Positions 1 through 10,402 are shown, counted from the stretch's first letter. The stretch: DNA of 64,000 nucleotides from Nitrospirota bacterium (GCA_049325335.1 JBMOMC010000001.1:596193-660192); one strand, 5' to 3'. Numbers and translations are program-made. Notes: generated from the letters alone by a model not told the origin.

Positions 1-1002
1 CTCCACGCGCTCCAGCCCTGGAATCGTCCGGACGAATCGGTGCTGGACATCAACAGGCAAGCTGGTGGAAATGCCATTGGGGTAATAAATCGGCGTGTCC
101 AGACCATCAGGTTCCAGAAAGACCTGGTGACGTTCTTTATCGCTGAACCGGTGGATCTTGTCCTCGATTGACGGACAATAGCGCGGGCCAGTGCCTTGAA
201 TCACGCCGGTAAACAAGGGCGAGCGGTCCAGATTATCCGCAATCACCGCGTGCGTCTCCGCGCTGGTGTACGTCAAAAAGCACGGAACTTGTGACTGAGT
301 AATCCGCTCAGTCCGATACGAAAACGGCCGAGGCGGATTGTCGCCATGTTGCGGCGTGGTGACGGAGAAATCGATCGTGCGGCCATCTAAGCGCGGCGGA
401 GTCCCGGTCTTGAGGCGTCCCAAGGTGAAACCTAACGCTTCAAGACTAACGGACAACCCTTCCGCCGCAGGCTCGCCCGCGCGACCGGCCGAAAAATTCG
501 TCAGCCCAACGTGAATCAGTCCGCGCAAGAACGTTCCAGTGGTCACGATCACGGCCTTAGCGCGATACAGGGTCCCGTCCGCCGTGACGACTCCATTAAC
601 CCCCGCATCACCAGCTACAAGGCGCACAACCTGTTCTGGAACAATCGTCAGGTTGGGTTCGGCCTCCAAGGTAGCCTGCATAGACAGCCGATACCGCACC
701 CGATCCGCCTGCGCCCGCAACGCGCGTACTGCTGGCCCTTTGCTGGTGTTAAGCATCCGAAACTGGATGCCGGTCCCATCAATCGTTCGCGCCATCTGCC
801 CACCCAGCGCATCAATTTCCCGCACCAAATGCCCCTTGGCAATCCCGCCGATTGCTGGATTACACGACATCTGGGCGATGTTCTCGTAGTTCATCGAGAA
901 CAACAGGGTGTGGCACCCCATACGCGCAGCAGCCAGAGCCGCCTCACAGCCAGCATGGCCGGCACCGATGACGATAACGTTAGAAGAAGGGCCAAGTTTC
1001 AT
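1..1002 (-). CDS. mnmG: tRNA uridine-5-carboxymethylaminomethyl modification enzyme MnmG (5' part, runs off window)
   Basis: Not in the ORF track. Manual minus-strand translation from ATG at 1002 gives [29 protein letters not shown]; later [18 protein letters not shown] and FLEPDG motifs. Confidence 0.97.
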   Translation of the reverse strand, partial: MKLGPSSNVIVIGAGHAGCEAALAAARMGCHTLLFSMNYENIAQMSCNPAIGGIAKGHLVREIDALGGQMARTIDGTGIQFRMLNTSKGPAVRALRAQADRVRYRLSMQATLEAEPNLTIVPEQVVRLVAGDAGVNGVVTADGTLYRAKAVIVTTGTFLRGLIHVGLTNFSAGRAGEPAAEGLSVSLEALGFTLGRLKTGTPPRLDGRTIDFSVTTPQHGDNPPRPFSYRTERITQSQVPCFLTYTSAETHAVIADNLDRSPLFTGVIQGTGPRYCPSIEDKIHRFSDKERHQVFLEPDGLDTPIYYPNGISTSLPVDVQHRFVRTIPGLERVE

Positions 1003-1059
1003 ATTGGTGTCACGAGACGCCCTCAGCCTGCGATATGAACACGGTGCGCCAGTGCCTCA

Positions 1060-1075
1060 TGTTCCACGTGGAACA
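1060..1075. promoter_or_regulatory. parS centromere-like site
   Basis: Perfect palindrome TGTTCCACGTGGAACA matching the parS consensus, just upstream of mnmG. Confidence 0.93.
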
Positions 1076-1335
1076 TTCGTTTCCATTCCTCATGCATACC
1101 ATCCATCGTTTGATAACGGTACCGTCGAGCGGAGAACTGTACCAGAAATGAGAGTATGAAACCAATCAACCGTCATTTTCGTAGAATTGTATTTCCTGCC
1201 TGTTGCATTCCTTACCCGTGGCTGAGTATACTGGTACCATATTCTCTTAACCTAAGACGAATGCGTCGGCCATCAACCGGATGGTCTGGGGGAACTCACC
1301 GGGTCCTCTCAACTAAGCCATGTAAGGAGTCTCCG

Positions 1336-2277
1336 ATGTTCTGTTCCTCCCATCGAATACTGTTCGCTGTTCTCTTGGCCTTTAGCGTGGCCGTGGGCAT
1401 TGCTCCAACCGCGCAGGCCGTGTCGTATACCTTCACGACGCTTGATTACACGCCAACTGGAATCAACGACGCGGGAGATATTGTAGGCAATGGGCCGGGA
1501 GGTGGGCTTTTCTATAGTGGCGGAGGATTTACCAATATTAGTGCCTTTAGGCCATATGGGATCAATAATCACGGTGACGTCGTGGGCACCAATTCCAGCT
1601 TCCAGGGCGCTCTATTGAGCGGAGGGACCATCACCACTCTGCAGATCCCATACGACGAATTCTTTGGAACGCCCCTCACGATGTTCGAGGATATTAATGA
1701 TTCGGGCCAAATCGTGGGCAACGCTGGCGCCAGTGGCGGCTTTCGGTCATTCATCTATTCCGGAAGCGACTACACCTTCCTTGCTAGTCCATTTGGCGGT
1801 CCGTTCTACAATTCAGAGACCTTCGCGACTGGGATTAACAACCACGGAGATATTGTAGGTACGGAATCCTACCGCAGTGGAAGCGAGGAACGTGGCGTGC
1901 TGGTCAGCGGCGGTATCACAACTTCCATACGATTCCCCGATGCATACATCACCCGGGTCGAAGGCGTTAACGATGCCGGGCAGGTCGTGGGACTGACCGG
2001 GGGTTATAATATTGTCGACGGGCTACCCGGTAGCTGGTGGACTCACGGATTCGTGTGGAGCGAGGGGATTTTCTCAACCGTGGATGTTCCTGGCGCGATC
2101 TCTACCCACATCCTTGATCTGAACAACAGCGGACAGTTGGTTGGAACCTACCAAGACGCCTCCGGTATGCATGGCTTCATTGCAACTCCTGTCCAAGTCC
2201 CGGAACCGAGTGGGTTGCTTCTATTGAGCTCTGGAATCGTAGGACTGATCGCCCTGAGAAATCGGTGCTTAGTATAG
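1336..2277 (+). CDS. PEP-CTERM sorting-domain surface protein with repeated GIN(D/N)xG(D/Q)IVG (HAF-like) motifs
   Basis: AAGGAG RBS before ATG 1336, signal peptide ending AQA, several GINxxGxxVG repeats, C-terminal VPEPSGLLLLSSGIVGLIALRNR. Confidence 0.9.
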   Translation: MFCSSHRILFAVLLAFSVAVGIAPTAQAVSYTFTTLDYTPTGINDAGDIVGNGPGGGLFYSGGGFTNISAFRPYGINNHGDVVGTNSSFQGALLSGGTITTLQIPYDEFFGTPLTMFEDINDSGQIVGNAGASGGFRSFIYSGSDYTFLASPFGGPFYNSETFATGINNHGDIVGTESYRSGSEERGVLVSGGITTSIRFPDAYITRVEGVNDAGQVVGLTGGYNIVDGLPGSWWTHGFVWSEGIFSTVDVPGAISTHILDLNNSGQLVGTYQDASGMHGFIATPVQVPEPSGLLLLSSGIVGLIALRNRCLV

Positions 2278-2305
2278 CCCGGGAACTACTGGAGGCACAC
2301 GGGCA

Positions 2306-2644
2306 CTACCAAGAGATCCACTCCGCAGACAGACTTTTGAATATCAACCGTGTCTCGACTCTTGTTTTGTGGCTGGCGGCCCTTACGGTTCGTGACTCTC
2401 CTCGCGTCGCGCGCCAGCATATTGCGCAAGGCCGTCTAACCGCTGACCTTTGACGATTTACGCCGGCACCTTCCTCTGCCGTTTGAGAACTTTTGAGAGC
2501 TCCAAACAGGGTGCTGTTGACGGATTCAGCGTCTGGGAACACGCGCGCGACCTCGGGGTCGAGGACCACGATATTCATCCCCTGTGCGAATCGCTTCGCG
2601 TATTTTCCTCTGATACCTCCGGAGGAATCGTATTCTCGCCGCAT
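2306..2644 (-). pseudogene. degenerate BrnA-type antitoxin
   Basis: MRREYDSSGGIRGKYAKRF...VVLDPEVARVFPDAESVN resembles BrnT-associated antitoxins. Probable original ATG near 2680 now reads TAG; the C-terminus looks like run-on sequence. Confidence 0.65.
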
Positions 2645-2660
2645 ATCAGGGCTGGTGGTT

Positions 2661-2943
2661 TTAGTTCTTGGTCTCTTCTATGCATCCTTTCACGGCGAGT
2701 CGCGACCCGTGCGCTGATAATCCGGATCCGCTGGCCTCGTTCCGTATACACCACGACCAAGGCTCGGCCCTGGCTCGATTGTCCGACGATTATACACCGG
2801 CCTTCTTCTCCGGAGTGTGCAGAATCTTCAATCGTCACCGACAACTTATCCCCGAATACCAAGACGGCTTCCTCGAACGTCGCCCGGTGCTTCTTAAGAT
2901 TCGATCTGTCTTTCCCGGTGTCCTATTCGAATATAAAATCCAC
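2661..2943 (-). pseudogene. brnT: BrnT family ribonuclease toxin pseudogene
   Basis: GTG 2943 reads VDFIFE*DTGKDRSNLKKH..FEEA..VF...VVYTERG.RIRIISAR.ATRRE. In-frame TAG at 2923-2925 replaces the conserved Trp of FEWD; a second indel lies near 2680. Confidence 0.85.
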
Positions 2944-2975
2944 TGAGCCCCCCCCACAAGGTGGCGGCACCCTTT

Positions 2976-4370
2976 TTACTTCCCGATGCAGAACTTTGAA
3001 AAGATCTCTTTCAGTAAATCATCCGTCGTTACGGTACCCAAAATCTCTCCAAGTGCGTCGACGCCGCCGCGCAAATCGAGTGCGATGCACTCGTGCGGAC
3101 CACGTTCTGCCAACGTTTCTTGGAGATGCACGAGTGAGACCTCTGCGCGCCTGAGCGCTTCGACGTGGCGAAGCCTTGTCACGAACGTACCTTCCTTAGC
3201 CACGACACCTCCACCAAGTCGCGTCACGATCTCGCTGGTCAGCGCATCGAGTCCTTCGCGCGTGAGCGTTGAGACACGCTGAATCATTGCGCCGCCAAAT
3301 GCGCGACTGATTGTCTCGGCATTCACTCGCTGCGCAAGGTCCGCCTTGTTCGCCACCGCAATGACCGAGGGACGCTTGAGCTCGGCCAACAACACTCGAT
3401 CCTCGTCCGTCAGCGGTTCCGATCCATCGAACACCGCGAGGATGAGATCCGCGCTTTCGACCGCGTCCTTGGTACGTCGAATGCCTTCGACTTCCACGGG
3501 ATCGTTTGTCTGTCGCACACCCGCCGTATCAGAGAGCCGCACCGAGATCCCGCCAAGGTTTGCGACTTCTTCGATCGTGTCCCGCGTCGTGCCAGGAATC
3601 GGGGTGACGATCGCGCGGTTTTCGCGCAACAGCACATTGAGCAGGCTGGACTTGCCCACATTGGGCCGACCCGCGATCACGACCGATGCGCCCTCGCGCA
3701 CGATGCGGCCACGATCCGCGGTAGCGAGCAATCGCCGAATCTCGCGCAGGGCTTCTTCGACCGATGCGGCTAGCATTTCGCGAGACAGGAACTCCAGGCC
3801 CTCTTCGGAAAAGTCGATACTGGCCTCGATCTCCACCAGCAATCCGATCAGTCGCTCCTGCAGTGTCTTGATCTCGATCGACAGGCCGCCGCGCAGTTGC
3901 GCCACGGCCGCGCGTGCTCCCGCATCGCTTTGCGCGCGGATCAGATCCATCACGGCTTCGGCTTGCGCAAGGTCGATCCGGCCGTTGAGGAACGCGCGTC
4001 GCGTGAACTCGCCGGGCTGGGCGAGCCGAACGTCGGGCGCGAGCAGCAGGCTCATGATCCGCTTTAACACGTGGGGGCCGCCGTGGCAGGAGATCTCCAC
4101 CACGTCCTCGCGCGTGTAGCTCTTGGGCGCGCGCATGACCGTCACCAACACTTCGTCAATAATCCCATTTAGGGATTCATCGATCGCGTGGCCGAACGCC
4201 ATGTAGCGGTCTTCGAGCGATTTGAGCGGTTGTTTCGATTGCAGTCGCAGCACGCGATCCGCGGCGGCGACGGCGCTTGGACCCGAGAGGCGGATCACGC
4301 CGATCGCGGCTTCGCCCGGCGCGGTCGCGATCGCGCAGATGGTGTCAGACGGGAATACGCGCTCCGGCAT
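2976..4370 (-). CDS. mnmE: tRNA modification GTPase MnmE
   Basis: DTICAIAT, GRPNVGKSS, GTTRD, DTAG, C-terminal FSKFCIGK. Confidence 0.98.
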   Translation of the reverse strand: MPERVFPSDTICAIATAPGEAAIGVIRLSGPSAVAAADRVLRLQSKQPLKSLEDRYMAFGHAIDESLNGIIDEVLVTVMRAPKSYTREDVVEISCHGGPHVLKRIMSLLLAPDVRLAQPGEFTRRAFLNGRIDLAQAEAVMDLIRAQSDAGARAAVAQLRGGLSIEIKTLQERLIGLLVEIEASIDFSEEGLEFLSREMLAASVEEALREIRRLLATADRGRIVREGASVVIAGRPNVGKSSLLNVLLRENRAIVTPIPGTTRDTIEEVANLGGISVRLSDTAGVRQTNDPVEVEGIRRTKDAVESADLILAVFDGSEPLTDEDRVLLAELKRPSVIAVANKADLAQRVNAETISRAFGGAMIQRVSTLTREGLDALTSEIVTRLGGGVVAKEGTFVTRLRHVEALRRAEVSLVHLQETLAERGPHECIALDLRGGVDALGEILGTVTTDDLLKEIFSKFCIGK

Positions 4371-4382
4371 CGGAACCCTCGC

Positions 4383-6035
4383 TCACGCGGACAGGCCTTT
4401 CGGAATCACGAGGGGTTGCGGCTTATAGTACCGCAGCGTCACGTATTGTTGCACGATGGTCAACGAGTTGTTGGCGATCCAGTACAGCACCAATCCAGCC
4501 GGAAACGCGAGGAAGAAAAACGTAAAAATGACCGGGAGGAACAACATGATCTTGGCCTGGGTGGGGTCCATGGTGGTGGGCTGCATTTTCTGTTGCACGA
4601 ACATCGTGATGCCCATCACGATCGGCAGCACGTAGTAGGGGTCTTTGTCCGACAGGTCGGTGATCCACCAGAAGAACGGCGCCTGCCGCAATTCGATCGT
4701 GGTGTACAGGATGTTGAACAACGCGATAAAAAACGGGATCTGCACCACCATGGGCAAACACCCGCCGAGCGGATTGACCTTATTGCCCTTGTAGAGCGCC
4801 ATCAACTCCTGGTTGAGCCGCATCTTATCGTGTTTATACTTTTTCTGAAGCGCCTGGGTCTGCGGGTGCAGCGCGGCCATGGCTTTCATCGACACAAAAC
4901 TCTTGTGCGAGAGCGGCGCGAACACGAGTTTGATCAACGTGGTCAATATGATGATCGCGATCCCGAAGTTTCCGGTAAACCCGTGCAGGAATTGCAACAA
5001 CAAGAACAACGGCTCCGCGATCAATCGCACCAACGCCCAACTGCCGTAGATAAACCAGCCGAAGTCGATGGTTTCCTGCAACCCGATCTGCAGCGCCGCC
5101 AACCGGTCGTACTCCTTGGGCCCGGCGTATAAGCGCGCGGACAGGGCTTTGCCGTCCGCAGCCTCGGTTTCGCGAAGACCAATCGTCACGCGGTTCTCGC
5201 CGAAACGCTCCGCGACCGTGGTGCTGCTCGGCGCGCTCGGAATCAACGTGGTCACGAAGTACTTGTCCTGGAGCGCGGTCCATGTCACGCGCCCGGCATG
5301 TACGGCGGGCTGCTCGAGGGTGGATGGTTTGTCTTGCACCACCTTCCCGTCGATCAGGCTGGTGGGGCCGATGTAGCCGACAAACGACATGTCGCCCCAT
5401 TGCTGGATCCCGAAGTTTTCGCCCAACACCACGCGATAGGACCCGGACACGCCCCACGTGGAGACGTCGACGTCTACCAGATAGTTGTCGTGGTGAAACG
5501 TGAGCCGTTTTACCACGGTTTCACCCCGTGGTCCCCGCGTTTCGAATTTCAGCGTACCGGTCGGACGATTCGCGCCCAGACGCAGGTCGCCTCCGTCCAC
5601 CGAGTACAACCCGTTCTGGATGGCCGCCCGCGCGGCCTCGTCGCCGGTCTCCAGCACCACGGCCAGCGGCGACAGGCCGCCCGCGGCCGGCGCCGTATAG
5701 AGGTCGATGGGCGTATCCTTGGCCGGGCCGCCCTTGTACCCAGCCAACCGCCACGAGGTAATCACCGCTCCGCGCGTGGACAACGTGGCGCGATACACAT
5801 CGGTCTCGACCACGATGGTCCGCTCATCAGCGGACGCCGCCTGATCCGGGGCACCGGGCGCCGGTGCCGTGACCGCTGCGGCCGTCAGCGGCGCGGTCGT
5901 TCCCGTGGTCTGGGCCGGCGGTGTGGTCGGGCTTTGAACGTCGGACTTCGGAGGCGGCGCGGGAGGGAACAGGACCGAGTACCCGATGATGATCGAGATC
6001 GACAGGACTAAAAACAGGATTGCGTTACGTTCCAT
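4383..6035 (-). CDS. yidC: membrane protein insertase YidC
   Basis: LYAGPKEY, IDFGW, NPLGGCLPM, DLSDKDPYY, PAGLVLYW motifs. Confidence 0.97.
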   Translation of the reverse strand: MERNAILFLVLSISIIIGYSVLFPPAPPPKSDVQSPTTPPAQTTGTTAPLTAAAVTAPAPGAPDQAASADERTIVVETDVYRATLSTRGAVITSWRLAGYKGGPAKDTPIDLYTAPAAGGLSPLAVVLETGDEAARAAIQNGLYSVDGGDLRLGANRPTGTLKFETRGPRGETVVKRLTFHHDNYLVDVDVSTWGVSGSYRVVLGENFGIQQWGDMSFVGYIGPTSLIDGKVVQDKPSTLEQPAVHAGRVTWTALQDKYFVTTLIPSAPSSTTVAERFGENRVTIGLRETEAADGKALSARLYAGPKEYDRLAALQIGLQETIDFGWFIYGSWALVRLIAEPLFLLLQFLHGFTGNFGIAIIILTTLIKLVFAPLSHKSFVSMKAMAALHPQTQALQKKYKHDKMRLNQELMALYKGNKVNPLGGCLPMVVQIPFFIALFNILYTTIELRQAPFFWWITDLSDKDPYYVLPIVMGITMFVQQKMQPTTMDPTQAKIMLFLPVIFTFFFLAFPAGLVLYWIANNSLTIVQQYVTLRYYKPQPLVIPKGLSA

Positions 6036-6091
6036 CGCGTCGGCACACGTCTCGTGTTAGAGGGATTGGGACACCGCGCGTTTCACAACGG

Positions 6092-6364
6092 TCACGGAAC
6101 CGGATCATACCCGCCGGCGCACAGCGGGTGACACCGAAGCAGGCGTCGAATCGTGAGCCATGCGCCTTTGGCCGCTCCGTATTGTTCCAACGCGTCCACC
6201 GCGTAGGCCGAACACGTCGGCAGAAACCGGCACCGGGGCGCCAACCACGGGGACATGAAACGGCGGTAGCCCCGCACGAGCCCCAGACACGCGCGGCACA
6301 ACACTCCGCACTCGTGACGCGCATTGGCTGCCGGCGAGACACCTACGAACACGTCTTGGTCCAT
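6092..6364 (-). CDS. yidD: membrane protein insertion efficiency factor YidD (start uncertain)
   Basis: [11 protein letters not shown]...RRLLRCHP...GGYDPVP, located between rnpA and yidC. Confidence 0.92.
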   Translation of the reverse strand: MDQDVFVGVSPAANARHECGVLCRACLGLVRGYRRFMSPWLAPRCRFLPTCSAYAVDALEQYGAAKGAWLTIRRLLRCHPLCAGGYDPVP

Positions 6365-6678
6365 TCTCCAAACAACACGGCGATCCGTTCGTGTAACACG
6401 GTGAACGACCAGGCCTGAACAGCGGGGCGGGGGAGCAACAGCCAATCCCATCCTGCCGGAACACACTCGGGATGGGTCCGCAGAACCTCGCGCAGCCGGC
6501 GTTTGACGCGGTTTCGTTGCACCGCGCCGCCGAATTTTCGCCCCACCACCACGCCGGCGCGGCGAGTCTCCGGCGCATCCGCGCGGCGAAGGCCGACCAC
6601 CGTTAGCGGGCCGCGAGACAGCCGCCTACCGCGCTCGAAGATTCGTCGAATTTCCGGAGAGCGGGAGATTCGAGCCAC
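6343..6678 (-). CDS. rnpA: ribonuclease P protein component
   Basis: [25 protein letters not shown] (RNR motif). Confidence 0.93.
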   Translation of the reverse strand: MARISRSPEIRRIFERGRRLSRGPLTVVGLRRADAPETRRAGVVVGRKFGGAVQRNRVKRRLREVLRTHPECVPAGWDWLLLPRPAVQAWSFTVLHERIAVLFGEWTKTCS

Positions 6679-6692
6679 GCTGACGTCGCCCG

Positions 6693-6833
6693 TCAGACCG
6701 TGGTCAGGCGTTTTCTCCCCTTGGCGCGGCGTCGTTTGAGCACACGACGACCGTCGGTGGTGGACATTCGCTTGCGGAATCCGTGCGTGCGCTTGCGGCG
6801 GAGATTACTCGGTTGCCTGATTGTGACGGACAT
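6693..6833 (-). CDS. rpmH: 50S ribosomal protein L34
   Basis: Not in the ORF track. Manual translation [55 protein letters not shown] upstream. Confidence 0.97.
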   Translation of the reverse strand: MSVTIRQPSNLRRKRTHGFRKRMSTTDGRRVLKRRRAKGRKRLTTV

Positions 6834-6995
6834 ACGACCACACTCCTCTGCTTGTTATTTCCAAAAAAACGCCCTATTATAGGGAACCCCTCACGGGGTG
6901 TCAAACGTGACGCATTGTCAAATCTGGGACGATCCCGGCATGAGGAACCCATCGGCGCCACGGACAGTCGCCGTACACTGCGCAAGGACCGGCGC

Positions 6996-7601
6996 ATGAC
7001 CGTCGTGACTTCGGCGACGCAAAGCGATCGCGACACGCTCCTCCGCCTGTTATTCGAACGGGCATTTCGATACAGCGAGGAACCCTCGTTCCGGCTGGCC
7101 TCGGGCGCACTGAGTCGCTACTACCTCAACAGCAAACTGGTGACCCTGGATCCCAAGGGCGCAACCCTGGTCGGGCGTCTGGTGTTTGAACGGCTGCGCG
7201 GGTTGGGAGTGCAGGCTGTGGGCGGCCTCACGTTGGGCGCCGATCCCATCGCATTGGCCGCCGCGATCGCCAGCGAGTCCGCGGGAGAACCGATCGCCGC
7301 GTTCGTGGTTCGCAAAGAACCCAAAGGCCACGGTACGGCCCAGTGGATCGAAGGCCCCCTTGCTCCGGAGGCCGCGGTGGCCGTGGTTGACGACGTGGTG
7401 ACCACCGGAGGGTCCACGGAAAAAGCCCTCGACGTGCTTGGGCGGCTCGGCCATCCCGTGGTCAAAGTGATTGCCTTGGTGGACCGCGACGAGGGCGGGC
7501 GCGCGGCGATCATACAACGAGGCGTACCGTTTGAAAGCCTATTTCACATCAACGATTTCTTGACCCTGCGGAATGCCGACCCTTCACAAGCCGTCTTATA
7601 A
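6996..7601 (+). CDS. pyrE: orotate phosphoribosyltransferase
   Basis: FRLASG..SRYY, RKEPKGHG, PRPP loop VVDDVVTTGGS; start reassigned to ATG 6996. Confidence 0.95.
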   Translation: MTVVTSATQSDRDTLLRLLFERAFRYSEEPSFRLASGALSRYYLNSKLVTLDPKGATLVGRLVFERLRGLGVQAVGGLTLGADPIALAAAIASESAGEPIAAFVVRKEPKGHGTAQWIEGPLAPEAAVAVVDDVVTTGGSTEKALDVLGRLGHPVVKVIALVDRDEGGRAAIIQRGVPFESLFHINDFLTLRNADPSQAVL

Positions 7602-7742
7602 AGGGTTGGGCCCTTGCGGAGGCCCAGAAGACGGCTTGGGTGCGGGGACACCGGTAAATTGTGTGACGCCGATCCCAAGCCCCAACCGAACAGCCCCGGA
7701 TCGGGTTCCCGCGACGAGTGGTCGCGGGAACCGACCGACTGA

Positions 7743-8579
7743 ATGGAAAGGGAGGATGGCGTGAGGCATCGCAGTGTGGGACTGGCAGTCGGATTACTCG
7801 CGGCCTGGATGGTTGCGGCGTCGTGGCCGGCGCACGCAGGAGTCTTGGCCACGGAGATCGCTCAGAAATCCGAAGACGTATTTCCGGGACAAGATCAAAC
7901 CGCCAAGTTGACCTTCACCATCAAAGACTCCACCGGGGGAGAACGCAAATCCGTGCTCCGGCGGTTTTGGAAGAATTACCGCGGGGAAAACGGTCTGGAC
8001 TTCAAGGTCCTCGTGTTCAATGAGTACCCGCCGGATGCCAAGGGCAGCTCGTTCATGCTCTGGGCCTATGACCCGAAAAGCGGGAAGCCGGCTGATCGCT
8101 GGTTGTACATCCCGATTCTCGGCAAGGTGAATAAGTTGGCCAACAATGCCGAGACCGGGGGAATCGCCAGTTCCGACTTGAACCCCAACGACATGGTCTC
8201 TCGTCCCGTGGATCGCGATACCCACAAGCTGCTGGGAGAAGACACTGTCGGAAATCGATCGTATTACATGATCGAAAGCACGCCCATCAAACCAGATCCG
8301 TCCTATAGGTACGGCAAGGTGGTCAAGTGGATCACCAAGGACACCTCGCTGAAAGAACGCGTAGATTACTACGATCTCAACGCCAAGTTACTTAAAACCC
8401 AATACATTACTTGGAAACCGATCAAAGACGCGTGGGTATGGGAAAAGGTGGTCATCAACAACGCCCAGACTGGCACGGAGACCTACCTGAGCATCAACGA
8501 CATTAAGACCGACACCGGTATTCCCGACTCCTTCTTCAGTGACCGCAGCATGAAGAAAGGGATCGACAGCCTGCCATGA
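7743..8579 (+). CDS. periplasmic outer-membrane lipoprotein-sorting (LolA-like) protein
   Basis: Signal peptide ending AHA; F..PPDAKG..F, DRWLYIP, YYD..KLLKT and D.FFS.RSM patterns typical of the LolA-like family. Confidence 0.75.
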   Translation: MEREDGVRHRSVGLAVGLLAAWMVAASWPAHAGVLATEIAQKSEDVFPGQDQTAKLTFTIKDSTGGERKSVLRRFWKNYRGENGLDFKVLVFNEYPPDAKGSSFMLWAYDPKSGKPADRWLYIPILGKVNKLANNAETGGIASSDLNPNDMVSRPVDRDTHKLLGEDTVGNRSYYMIESTPIKPDPSYRYGKVVKWITKDTSLKERVDYYDLNAKLLKTQYITWKPIKDAWVWEKVVINNAQTGTETYLSINDIKTDTGIPDSFFSDRSMKKGIDSLP

Positions 8580-10402
8580 CGGCGTCGGGCCCCCAGCGGT
8601 CAGCTCGCTTCGGCCTGTTCCAGTGGCGACCGCGCCTCAAGACCCGTCTCGGCCTGTTCATTCTCACCGCCGGCGTGGTCTCGGGCGTGATGACGCTCGG
8701 CGTCATCTATTTTCTCGGGACCGCGACCCTTAAGAGCACGATCGGACGCAGTTTCGAAGAATTGGCGTCATCAACCGCCTCGAATATCGACACGCTGTTC
8801 AGCCATCACATCGAGGAGGCCCGGCTGTTGGCTTCGGTCCAGTCCGTGCTGACCGTGGTCGAAGAATCGAACGCATTTTTCAGCAGCGACCCGATTGACG
8901 ACGTGCGGGCGCGCATTCGGGAAATCGACGAGCGATGGCGGACCGCCCAAGGCGTTGATGCCTTCTTTCTCGAAATTCAGGGAAACCGGGCCACCGCGGC
9001 GCTGAAAGAATTCATCGCCCAGACTCCCGATGCAACGCTCTATCAAGCCGTTGTTGTCACCAATATCCATGGGGCCCTCGTCGCAGCCACAGGACTACCG
9101 GCCCGATACGATTTCAGCGCGACCCCCTGGTGGATACACGCGTTCCAAAACAGGGACGGTCGTCCCTTTGTCAGCGGCGTGGAAGCGCTGCCCGGGACCG
9201 CCGATCCGCTTGTCGTCATCGCCACGCCGATTGTCAAAAATCGACAAACCATCGGAGTCTTGGCCTTGGTGGAGCGCGCCGATACCCTGCTGCGGGGCGT
9301 GGCGTCCGCCAAGATCGGAAAAACCGATCACACCATGATTCTCACCGCAGATGGCGTGGTCGTGTTCTGTCCGGTTGCCCCGCTTCAAAGCCATGCCCTC
9401 TCACCGAGCTATCTGACGGCAGTCACCGAAAACCACAAGGGCTGGCTGGCGACGCGTGCCGACGTTCATTTTCCCGGACGGGAAGCCCTCACCGGGCACG
9501 CTCCCGTCGGCTTGACCCAGCGACTCGGCGCCGACAACTTCGGTGGGCGACCCTGGTATGTGATCACCAGCCAAGATCCCGCTGAAAGCTACGCGCCCAT
9601 TTACACCCTCTTGCGCTGGATCGGCGTGGCGGGCGTGGCCGGCACCCTCATGTTCGTGCTCATGGGCTCGCTGATCGCGCGCCGTATCGTGCGGCCGATC
9701 CAGACCTTACGAGAAGGCGCCGAGCGTATCGGGCAAGGAAACCTGAACCACCGCATCGAGGTCGCCACCGGGGATGAAATCGAGGATCTGGCGAACCAAT
9801 TCAATAAAATGGCGCACAAGCTCAAACTGTTTTACATCGGGCTTGAAGAAAACGTGAAGGAGAAAACCTGGAAGATCGAGCACCAAAACAAAGAGCTCTC
9901 GATTCTGTACGCGATCGCCGCGACCTTAAATCAATCCTTGCCGATTCGGGACCTTCTGGACCAGACCTTGCAAAAAATGCTCGACGTCATGGAGGCGGAC
10001 GGCGGCCTGATTTGGATGGCGCAACCTCCAGCCGGGTCCTCGCCGATTACCGCCACCAAATTACCCACCCTGTCTCCCTTGCAAATGAGCAATCTCATCG
10101 AACTCATCCACACCATCAGTTTACAGATTCGGCGCACCGGGGATCTGTGGGCCACCGAGAACCTTGCCGTGGATGATCGTATCGACTCGACGCGCTCCGG
10201 GGATCCCGGCTTTATCTCCCTGGTCGGCATCCCGTTACGGTCACGTGATCACGTGCTCGGCATCCTTTTTTTGTTATATCGCGATATCCGGGCGCTCACC
10301 TCCCGCGAGGAAAAGCTGCTGGCGTCGGTCGGAAGCCAGATCGGGGTGACCATCGAACACGGCGCTACGCCACACGGGCTCGGGGCAACGTCCCAGTCAT
10401 GA
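8576..10402 (+). CDS. membrane sensor: TM-Cache-TM-HAMP-GAF with no output domain
   Basis: Two TM helices around a periplasmic Cache-like region, HAMP (RPIQTL...GDEIEDLANQFNKM), GAF (SLVGIPLRSRDHVLGIL...EKLLASVGSQIG), then stop. Confidence 0.8.
   Translation: MTASGPQRSARFGLFQWRPRLKTRLGLFILTAGVVSGVMTLGVIYFLGTATLKSTIGRSFEELASSTASNIDTLFSHHIEEARLLASVQSVLTVVEESNAFFSSDPIDDVRARIREIDERWRTAQGVDAFFLEIQGNRATAALKEFIAQTPDATLYQAVVVTNIHGALVAATGLPARYDFSATPWWIHAFQNRDGRPFVSGVEALPGTADPLVVIATPIVKNRQTIGVLALVERADTLLRGVASAKIGKTDHTMILTADGVVVFCPVAPLQSHALSPSYLTAVTENHKGWLATRADVHFPGREALTGHAPVGLTQRLGADNFGGRPWYVITSQDPAESYAPIYTLLRWIGVAGVAGTLMFVLMGSLIARRIVRPIQTLREGAERIGQGNLNHRIEVATGDEIEDLANQFNKMAHKLKLFYIGLEENVKEKTWKIEHQNKELSILYAIAATLNQSLPIRDLLDQTLQKMLDVMEADGGLIWMAQPPAGSSPITATKLPTLSPLQMSNLIELIHTISLQIRRTGDLWATENLAVDDRIDSTRSGDPGFISLVGIPLRSRDHVLGILFLLYRDIRALTSREEKLLASVGSQIGVTIEHGATPHGLGATSQS

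Noticed and set aside
511..1038. 175-aa plus-strand ORF
   Set aside because: Antisense to mnmG, which the ORF track missed because it runs off the window.
2430..2445. GTCTAAC / GTTAGAC resembling an integron attC core next to the TA pair
   Set aside because: No matching partner core or attC-like hairpin found, and no integron integrase.
2923..2925. In-frame TAG in brnT as possible pyrrolysine or recoding site
   Set aside because: It replaces a conserved Trp, the gene has a second lesion, and TAG is an ordinary stop in other genes here.
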